Positions 53,991-63,470 of a stretch of 63,470 bases of DNA are shown piece by piece. Positions within the stretch are counted from its first letter, which is position 1; each line of letters begins with the position of its first letter. The stretch comes from Octopus bimaculoides (Eukaryota), in NCBI RefSeq assembly GCF_001194135.2, contig NC_068983.1, positions 18,334,752-18,398,221 on the forward strand. Direction: 5' to 3'. The notes below the pieces were generated by a model. The model worked only from the letters and a program-made list of their open reading frames with translations. It did no database searches and was not told the DNA's origin. The position numbers and the translations under genes were made by a program.

Positions 53991-55400
53991 TGGTTAGTGT
54001 AGGTGGTCTTGTGGGTCTATTTCTCCTCTCAAAAATAAAGCAACGCTTTCCCAACATCTCAAGTGGACTCTATCGAAATGATGCTCGGTTTGCAATTAAA
54101 AGCGTATCAGTATCTGAGATCGAACGAGATAAGAAATCCATGATTAAATTCTGTAAAAGCTTAAATTTCGAAAACTTAAATTTTGTTTTTGAAATAAATA
54201 ATAAGGTGGCTAATTTCCTGGACGTCACACTGAACCTAATCATTGACCTATGTTACCCATATAGGAAATCTAATTGAACTCTTCAATATTTGAATTCCCT
54301 TTCTAATCACCCTATGTCAACTCCCATTAGCTTAACAATAGCCGTTTCGATCTGAATCTCGAAACGTATCTGCTAATGAGAAGATATTTAACACTCATGC
54401 TCCCTAATATAATAATGCTTTGAGATTAAGTGGTTATAGGGATAATATATTTTATATTCTTAACACAAAACTAAGATAAAATTCGATAAATTATTCATGA
54501 GATCCAACTTAGATTCTAAATTTCTAGTCTTGCTGTCAAATAAACCGGTGAAATATATAAATAATCGAATTATGGGTCACACTTAAAAAAATAACACGCC
54601 ATCTAGAAATTACCATAATAATATTCTATAACTCTAACCATGTGAATGAAGCTAAGACCTCTAAATCAAGGAAAAGGGAAGTTATATGGTTCGCCCCCGC
54701 CCCCATTATCAGTTCAGGTCAAACAATTGCCGAAAATATCCTTTTAGATTTTGAGAGAAAATTTCTCAAGGCATAACAACTATCACTCTATCTTCAACAA
54801 ATCATGTTTGAAGCATTCGTTTTCTACTACTCCAAATTTAGGATCAATCATAGCCTCCATAAATTGATCAAAACTTAGACGTAAGGTCACACTCTGCTCT
54901 AATCCTGCTATTTCATCCCATAACCAAGATAATCATATTAGTACTAATATAAGCAATATGACTGGCTACTCCACATCGGTCGAGGGTCCTGTAACCTCAG
55001 TTAAATGTATGACCAATGATGGTACACGAACTAAAACATGTAACTCTCGTAACCCGGATAAATGCCCGCATGCTGGATTTTGTTGCAATAACGTGGTTTA
55101 TAAGTGCCGCATAGAGATTCCTATCGCAAATATGTTAAAGTCTATATAGGAAGTACGGTTGACGTTAAGCTTCGCTACATGGCTCAATTGAACTCCTTTA
55201 ATAATTGAAGATATAAATCTTCAACAGCGCTAGCCACATACATACAAGATCTCGGGTTGATCAGTACACAATATTATTTACCCTGGTCCTTTATACACAG
55301 TTACTTTATGCCCAATTTACTACTCCAAATATCTTGACAATATTTATGATCGTACCTAGCCATGAGCTGTCAAATAACTCTTACTCTTCATTCCAAACAG
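53990..55400 (+). mobile_element. 5'-truncated Penelope-like retroelement: RT C-terminal part and GIY-YIG endonuclease; pseudogenised
   Basis: ORF 53969-54277 (SGLYRND..NKVANFLDVTLNL..YPYRKSN) followed by SNHP; ORF 54958-55149 (CNSRNPDKCPHAGFC..VVYKC); then in a shifted frame KVYIGSTVDVKLRY..NSF..YKSSTALATY. Confidence 0.9.
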
Positions 55401-55559
55401 GCACAGTCCGTTAGTGTTAGATTTAGTAGTTGATAAAAAGACAAATACTTTAGAAATGAACCACAATCCTTTACAAGATATGACCCCAGTAAGCTCCATG
55501 CTTTTCTTGGAAGTGTAGTCTATTCTTAGCTACAATAGCGACAACATGGATTTCTTCCA

Positions 55560-55790
55560 TCTTCATACTCTGTTAAAATATCTGAGAAAAATGATATTAA
55601 TGTGTCCGACTGATTAAAATTTCTATTTATTTGGGCAGCTGATGATAGCCATGCATTTAAATTGATGTAATGGTTGTATTGTTCAATTAAATGGAGCCGC
55701 TTGAAACGGTCGTACTGCAACACTTCCTGATATCCTGTTGATTATTTTGATTTTATTCACCTTATTTCGAACTGTGCAGATAATACCGAA
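55560..55790 (+). mobile_element. PLE terminal-repeat-like copy, same family as the 5703-6440 palindrome arms
   Basis: Reverse complement aligns to 5703-5845 (AAAATCAAAATAA.CAAC..GATATC..TGCAGTACGA..CATTACATCAA..TCAGCTGC); 55745-55790 aligns to about 6420-6470. Confidence 0.75.
55633..55718 (+). ncRNA. Type I hammerhead-ribozyme-like motif with extended stem II
   Basis: GCAG-CTGATGA(55639-45)-tAGC..CATTTAAATTGA..TCAATTAAATG..GCTt-GAAA(55703-06)-CG-GTC(55709-11)-gta-CTGC. Core and GUC triplet are intact; stem I is offset by 3 nt and the first stem II position is a U-U mismatch. Confidence 0.55.
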
Positions 55791-56477
55791 CTGATTTTAT
55801 GCTTCAGCTGCAGTACCTAATACAACAAAATCTCAAATATTTCTTAACTCGTCAACCAAAGACACACACACACACACACACGCACACACACACACGCGCA
55901 CACACACACACTCATACACACACATACACACACACACACACACACGCACACAAATACACACACACACACCCACACACACACACACCCACACACACACACA
56001 CGTGATGGTCGTCCACTCATGAGCGAGGGAAGACCATTGCTGACCTTCAGGAACATTATGCGTTCTAAGGTTTGCATTTTACATTTTAAATATGTATAAT
56101 TGAATCCATTATAGGGACAGCACATCTACAAAACGATCGTTAGATGCTTTAAAACTTATTTCAAAATGTTTAAACTGACATATTTGTTGTTATTATATAT
56201 TTATACTTATACATATTTACATATATTTATATATATCTATATTTTAATACAGCAATTATTTTACACACGTATATATCTTTCTGATGAATTTTCTAATATT
56301 GATTTCTTGATATTATTAATAATATATTATAAAATATATATAATTGCTCGTATTAAATACATAACTACTTTAATAGTATTAATAATTTGATACAACCGAA
56401 CACTCAATATTAATTCAGTATATAATATTCTCATTGAATATATTTAACTAAAGTTTTGTATATACATATATAAATAA

Positions 56478-56508
<31 letters not shown>

Positions 56509-56959
56509 NNNNNNNNNNNNNNNNNNNNNNNNNNNNNNNNNNNNNNNNNNNNNNNNNNNNNNNNNNNNNNNNNNNNNNNNNNNNNNNNNNNNNNNNNNNN
56601 NNNNNNNNNNNNNNNNNNNNNNNNNNNNNNNNNNNNNNNNNNNNNNNNNNNNNNNNNNNNNNNNNNNNNNNNNNNNNNNNNNNNNNNNNNNNNNATATAT
56701 ATATATATATATAAATAGATGCGTATATATACGTGTATAGATATGTACCTTCGATGGAAGTAATTGTTTGAGAATTCATTATTCTGAAATCATTGTTGTT
56801 GACTATATGGCAACACACGGTTTTGTGTTCAGTGAGAGCTAAGGGTGACTTTCATGAGCAAGTGTGCCAAATGACATCGCTGTTTTTCCTCCATAAGTCG
56901 CGAAATTTGTGTTTTTGTGAGCAGGTGTATTTACCGTTAAGATCAGAGGGCACCGACTT

Positions 56960-57100
56960 GAGAATGTTAAGATTTTCTGAGAAAAACTCACGGAAGAATT
57001 GAATAAATTTACGTCAGAACAATGCGAGAAATTTGTCAAATCTTGTGGTCAGAGATATGTTTAACTCATTCAAAATGTAAGAATGTACACATCTTATTAA
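56960..57100 (+). mobile_element. Tc1-like transposase C-terminal fragment
   Basis: Manual translation EKLTEELNKFTSEQCEKFVKSCGQRYV*LIQNVRMYTSY*, resembling the Tc1 EEW.KI...C.KLV.S...R...VI...G..T.Y terminus. Confidence 0.6.
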
Positions 57101-57953
57101 TATGATGATGTGAATTGTGTAAATATCTGGCAACATTTTAATTTCTTGAATTTCACGTCATACGTTCTCTAATTTTTTTCCATCTTGTATTTTTCGGATA
57201 AAATTTTTACTATTATAAATTATTTAGTTAATAATCACTTCCAACAAAATTTATTGTAGATGATGAACATACTTTAAAGTATACACTAAGAATCCCATTC
57301 GGATAAATGAAGTAGAAATGTAAACATCTTTCCTTCGTCCTCCGATTTTGACCTCTACTGTATTTATGCACATTCATATCCGAAACACATAAGATAAGTA
57401 TAGTCTTAGAGAAATACGTATTATGTAGATAGTTCACATACACACACATACACACCACACACACATACCACACACGCATGCTGGTTTGAGTTTCAAATTT
57501 TCTCAGAGAATCACTAAGAATAAAATGCATCAGGATAAGCACTACATGTATCATATTCACTAAACAAAGTATGCCCAGGTCCATCGCTTGCAGGGAATTA
57601 TTAACGCAACATTTTCTGAACCAGTACAGCAAAAATGGCATCAAGGTAAAGGAAATATGCATACAAAGAAGCACAGATTTGCAATAATGTCTCATCTCAA
57701 CGCTGTTTATAAGCAAATAATTATTCTCCAGTTAAGACAGCATCATATACATCCCTCTTTATAATATTTAGTGAAGTTCTATTGTGTGCTTAATGAAGGA
57801 TATATTCTTTAATTTCCTTTTTGCTTGTATATGGTGTGCCGCGGATGACGCCTGGTAGCCCTGAGTGGTGAAGGGATTCTCAAGGCACACAAGTAGGAAT
57901 ATGCCTCGAACAAGTTTGGGATACTGCATTTTAAAGTCTCCTATTTAAACGTA

Positions 57954-58010
<57 letters not shown>

Positions 58011-59225
58011 CGTACATACAAATCTATCATTACACACACACACATTCACACATACATAGACACACACACACACACACACACACACACAACACACAATATT
58101 CTTATAATAGTTTGTGCTACCATGATTAAGTTCATAGTCTGAAGGACGTTATCAATAATAGTCGTCAGTGGTCATAATATGGATGAAATATTTAGAGGAA
58201 AATGCTAACGGCCTAGACATATAGTAATTCCATCTCAAGAGGTTTGTTTTCAAATATATCATCGTATGATATATAATATTAGCTTTCAGGCTACAACTGA
58301 CAGGTTATTTATAATTCTATACATTGGGTTCAAACACTTATATGGATGTATTTATTAATATATTTTTGTGTGGAGCTTTACCTATTATTTCCTTTGTGAC
58401 TTCGAAACAGATAATTTATAAACATATTTTTTAGATATCAGTCGTCACAACATTTTTAGCTGATTAATTTTGATTCCTTTGCAAGATATAAGATCTGTTT
58501 TCTAAGTAGTTTGGCAGTATCTTTGAAAGATTAACTGCCTGTTAGTTGTGTAACTTGTGTCGTTATCGAAGTAATTTTATCTATAGATAGAATAGTTTGC
58601 AAAGTAAAACACGATATTCAACGTATTATCTTAAATGACCACATTTTATTTAATATCCAAGTGTGGAGCGCAATAGGCCATATGTTGTAAACTAGTGTCG
58701 ATATTTATACGACTCCTTTTTTAAAAAACTTATCAAAACCAATGCGTCTGCTGTGAACAGATACAACTCTATCTTTTCCAATAGTCCTAAATAGTATTTA
58801 TTGAGCACAGCATGGTCGGCTTACCTCCACATTGAATATTTAACCTTTTACAAGATATGAGTAAGTTTAGGAATCATTAAGAATATCTATTTAGAGGAAC
58901 TCGCAGACATATACACACCTACACATGCATGCTGAAATACATAAATATGCATATCTGAGTTATGAGTTTTTAAGACAATTGAAATAACCTATAGCATTAA
59001 CAGAAAAGAACTTGATGCGCACACTTTAAAGTGCATAAACCTCACAAATCTTCATTTAAGATTCAGTTGTGCTATTGCACAACATTTATCTCTAGTGTTT
59101 ATTTAGAATCATTCTTCTTTCATTGCTTAGCGTCTACACAATAACAGCTTCATGTTTTCTAGATGCTATATTTCACGCAATTCTAAATAACTTCATGCAC
59201 ATATATGAAAAGGGAAACGAAATTA

Positions 59226-60510
59226 TCAGGTCATCTCATAAGTTCTGTCTAACTTTCCCTTTTTAAAAATTGAATGTAATTTAAAAGTATTTTAGGATGT
59301 CTAATGGAATTAAAAGTTTTTTTATGCATTTGTGTACATTTAAACTAATTAAATATTATTTTACAGAATAATAGAATTAAATTTTCTTTGATTAAAACCC
59401 TTTCTAACATGGAAGTATCTAAATAGCATTTGATGCACATAATGCTTTATGAGTACAAAAAGGAAACTTTGCAGCCGAAGCGACTCGAAACATACACTCA
59501 GTTTATGGGAAAGAATACTGAATGAAAGACCTTGCAGAAGATGGCTTGCAAACTTCAGAAGTAGAGATTCCAGCCTTGAAGATGATGATCAAACAGAACG
59601 TCCAGTTGAGTTTGATGATAAGCTCCTTGAGGCATTACTTGAAGAAAATCCTGCATTATCAGTTGAAGAATTGGCAATAAAGCTTAGTTCGAACTATACA
59701 ACTGTTCATCGCCATCTTCAACAACTTGGAAAGATTCCTAAACTTGGAAAATGGGTGCATCATGAATTGTCCGAAAGCAACCGCAAATCCCGAGTTGACA
59801 TCTGCTCTTCTCTCCATTCTCGCGAATTCATTTCACCATTTTTGGATAGACTTGTGACTGGTGACGAAAAATGGATCTTCTATCGAAATGTTAAACGTCG
59901 TAAATAGTGGCTTGGTAAAAGGGAAAGATCTCAACCACAACCGAGAAGGGAACTTCATGGAAAAATGGTTCTTCTCTCTATCTGGTGGGATTGCAAATGA
60001 GTAATTCACTTTGAATTGCTACCACCTAATATAACAATCAATGCTTGAGTCTAATATCAGCAATTAGGGCGTTTGACCCAAGCATTTAAGAAAAAAGACC
60101 CGCTTTTGTGAATCGAAAAGGAGTGATGTTTCTTCAGGACAGTGTGTGACCCCACACTGCAAAGATCACATCACAGAAGATCGAAGAGCTTGGTTGGAAA
60201 AAGATTTCCTCATCCACCTTATTATCCCGACCTTACTGCTTCAGACTACCATTTGTTTCGTAGTTTACAGAATCATTTGAGGGACATAACTTTCGCAACC
60301 CTAGAAGAGGTCGAAACTGACATTTCAATGTTATTCGCTTTGAAACCAAAAGAGTTTTACATTCATGGGATTAAAAAGCTTGTAATTAGATGGAAGGAAG
60401 TCATAGAAAATCAGGGAAATTATATTGATGATTAAATTTCAATTAAATATAACATTTGGTCACTTGTTTTCTGTATTCAAAATTCGGATAGAACTTATGG
60501 GATGACCTGA
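59226..60510 (+). mobile_element. Full-length (1285 bp) mariner element, D,D34D transposase, inactivated
   Basis: TIRs TCAGGTCATCTCATAAGTTCTGTC and GATAGAACTTATGGGATGACCTGA, flanked by TA at 59224-25 and 60511-12. Motifs WVHHEL, VTGDEKW, LQDS.*PH and PYYPDLTASDYHLF; 34 residues between the second and third D after correcting one frameshift. Several stops. Confidence 0.95.
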
Positions 60511-63010
60511 TATATGAGAAAATACTTCTTCGCAATCCATCTTGTCAGATCACAGTTATGTTTCTTGCCAATGCTAAAATTCCCTCCTACTAGTCTTGTC
60601 TCTCTGATAAAGTATAACTTGCCCTCATCAAATAATATTTTTAACAATGTGGTTGATTGTTAAATAGGATAAAGTGTTTGGTTTACTGTCCTCATCGTTA
60701 CGTCTGATCTATGTGAGAAGATGTTAAACAACGACATATTCCACGGAATTCAAGTTACATGCGGGAGGGCTGAAATTATTTGTATGTCTGAAATTTATGT
60801 ATCACGTAATATCCAGTACAAGAAAATCTAGAATAGTAATACGAGCTGTGTTCCAAGAAAAAGAAATAAAAAAAGAAAAGTTTTCATTATCTCTTGAAAA
60901 TAATAATGTAATTTCCTGTTATCATTTCGTTAATTGAAACACGATCTCAATTTCTGCAAACCCTGTACTACAACGAGGAGGACAGAACGAATACACAGCT
61001 GATCGAAATTACAACTGATTCGCTAAAACGTTTAGCAGTTCAGTGATAGCATCAATCATCTTCTACAGAGAAGAATGCCTTGAGAAAGAAATGAAATTTC
61101 TGATGTTTTTATAAGTAGACTGTTGAGTGTAACTTGTATAATGACTTTGAGATATTTGAGAATTAACAGTGTTACATAATAGAAAGAAAGAACCCACTTT
61201 GCAGGGTGTTATATTAGTCAAACATTTCCAAGTTGTCGTGAATATCAATAAGCCTTTGCTTGTAATTCATTTATTTTTCACGCATCTTTCATACAAATGA
61301 TGGAAATCCCAGATGATTTCTACATTTTTCAAAGAGTAAATTTTTTTAGAATTCCTATTTGGATTCGTAATTTTCTACCTGTCTCATCTTTTATGCATTT
61401 CACTAGGACATCTTATCTATGGTTTTTCTCAGCTTTATCAGTGCGTATCACAGCGAATGTGTTCAATGAATAATTCTGTATTCATTTCATTGAGTCTCTT
61501 CTAATATTTCGTTTTCTTTTTTATTCTTCAGATTTCAAGGAAAATGTCTTCCTTTGATATTACATGTTTTGGAAGACTTCTCCCATACTTGCCAAAAGCG
61601 TTTTCTTACGGAGTGATGTATAATTTGAACCTATTAATGTTCTAATATTTTTCAGAATTCAGACTGAATAATCGATGTCATATTCCATGTCATAAAACAC
61701 CTGACAGTATCTAGCGTTGGTCTCAAAACTACTCAGTAAGATTTTCTTCAAGTTAAAGAATTTAGTATTTAATTTAAAGGAACAATAATACAATAGTCAC
61801 AAAAATTTCAGCTTTAAATAAGTTTCTAATTCAGAAGAATTGTATACGTGCTATATATATTCTGCGAAATATTTTCACATACACGTTATTATTAATCTAC
61901 TGAACTAGCAACATTATAAACGAATTATTCGATTACTGGACATTATTCGAGCGACATTTGAAAATAGGGTTCTAATTCCTTATCCTCCATTCTTTCAAAA
62001 TAACTTTTTTTTTGTTATAAACATTAGATTCGTTGAACATGCATCAAGGATAGGATGTTTTATTATTTATTTATTATATAAAATATGAACACTGAACAAC
62101 AATATTAATTCCGATTCCTTTGGCCTGGAAATTAAAGAAATATGGGAAAGTAAACTTAAATCGATTCGAAAGGGATAAATTTGTAATGTAATCTCGAAAC
62201 AAATACACAAAATTCACAGGTTTCTCCCCTCCACTTGTCATACATATTACATCAAAATAACATGTAAGTCCTGTCTTAAACTCTCAGCCCATTGGCTTGT
62301 CTCACAATGTTATTGCTTTAAATGTTGTCTATAACTTTGAGGTGGCAATTCAAATGGAATATAATCGGTTACAAACTTGCCAGACTCGGGGAAAACGAGA
62401 CAGTCATCATCAAGGCTCCTTTATAGGGACAAAAGCATTTACTGTTGAATATCACATTGAATACGGGATCATCAAATAGTAAAGTACAATATGATGCGCA
62501 CGTGTATCTGCGTGTGCATATATATTTGTGTATTTGAATATATATATATATATATGTATATATATGTATGTATATATGTATGTATATAGGTATGTATATA
62601 TATATATANNNNNNNNNNNNNNNNNNNNNNNNNNNNNNNNNNNNNNNNNNNNNNNNNNNNNNNNNNNNNNNNNNNNNNNNNNNNNNNNNNNNNNNNNNNN
62701 NNNNNNNNNNNNNNNNNNNNNNNNNNNNNNNNNNNNNNNNNNNNNNNNNNNNNNNNNNNNNNNNNNNNNNNNNNNNNNNNNNNNNNNNNNNNNNNNNNNN
62801 NNNNNNNNNNNNNNNNNNNNNNNNNNNNNNNNNNNNNNNNNNNNATATATATACATATACGTTACTAAGTTATTGCTAGAAAGTGGAGTAAGAAAAAGCC
62901 TTGGCCACAGGAAAAATTATCTAATAACTGGCAACGGAGAAAACCTCCTTATAGCAAGCGAGACAGGGCCAGATCACCGGTGATTTCGGATCTGATTAAT
63001 CCTAAACAAT

Positions 63011-63342
63011 GATTCTCACTCGGTTGCCCAGGCTTAAAGCTAACTCGCCATGTCAGTTTATAGTAAATGCTGTAGGAATCAGAGGCTGATGCCATAAATG
63101 GTAAAAGTGAAAATAATAAATTATAAAGGTGGTTTATTCAAAATTTACAATCCAAAGGCACAAGTATAGATCTCATTAAGTTGACTCATGGTGCTAGTCA
63201 GCAATAGCATTGCTAGAAATAAGAGTCAGAACCACTTTTAGCCACGGGAAGAATTTATCCAAAGTTTGACAAGGAAGACAAGTCCCCTAGGGCAAACAAT
63301 TCATACGAGTTAGCTTTAACCCTCAGCAAACGAGTGAGAGTC
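63011..63342. repeat. 37-bp imperfect inverted repeat (63011-63047 / 63306-63342) with 258-bp spacer
   Basis: GATTCTCACTCGGTTGCCCAGGCTTAAAGCTAACTCG pairs with CGAGTTAGCTTTAACCCTCAGCAAACGAGTGAGAGTC. Confidence 0.75.
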
Positions 63343-63470
63343 AGTGATGAGGACTAAAGACATTGGTTGACATCGGATATCTGCACACATGTGCATATAT
63401 ATATATATATAGGTATAGTTGTATGTATGCACATGTCCGAATGTATATATGCATATATATATATATATAT

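Noticed and set aside
55526-55723. Protein-like minus-strand ORF (MLQYDRFKRLHL..)
   Set aside because: It is the antisense reading of the terminal-repeat and hammerhead segment; the homolog at 5.7 kb does not preserve it in the ORF track.
57825-57935. Possible hAT MITE end (GGTGTGCCGCGG..AAGTTTGGGATACTG)
   Set aside because: Only a loose resemblance; no partner TIR or 8-bp duplication found.

Overview
AT-rich, repeat-dominated eukaryotic genomic DNA from a draft assembly, with nine N-gaps that mostly abut microsatellites. The tRNA-derived SINE families match those I recall from octopus, so the source is inferred to be a coleoid cephalopod (probably Octopus). I recognise no host protein-coding exon, rRNA, true tRNA or CRISPR array; the window is intergenic or part of a large intron. 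Most ORFs in the supplied track are microsatellite translations or transposon remnants. Identifiable content: about 15 SINE copies (including two head-to-tail dimers sharing a junction and one inverted pair), one full-length but dead mariner with TIRs and TA duplications, four further Tc1/mariner remnants plus a decayed near-full-length mariner, a Chapaev3-like transposon remnant, two REL-endonuclease (R4/Dong-like) LINE 3' fragments around a (TAA)n tract, and several Penelope-like element (PLE) remnants. The most notable pattern is repeated inverted pairs of PLE terminal-repeat-like sequence (5.7-6.4 kb, 13.1-14.8 kb, 17.8-18.2 kb) and several hammerhead-ribozyme-like cores, one with an unusually long stem II showing a compensatory change between two copies. 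All alignments and folds were done by eye; boundaries are approximate unless motif coordinates are quoted.
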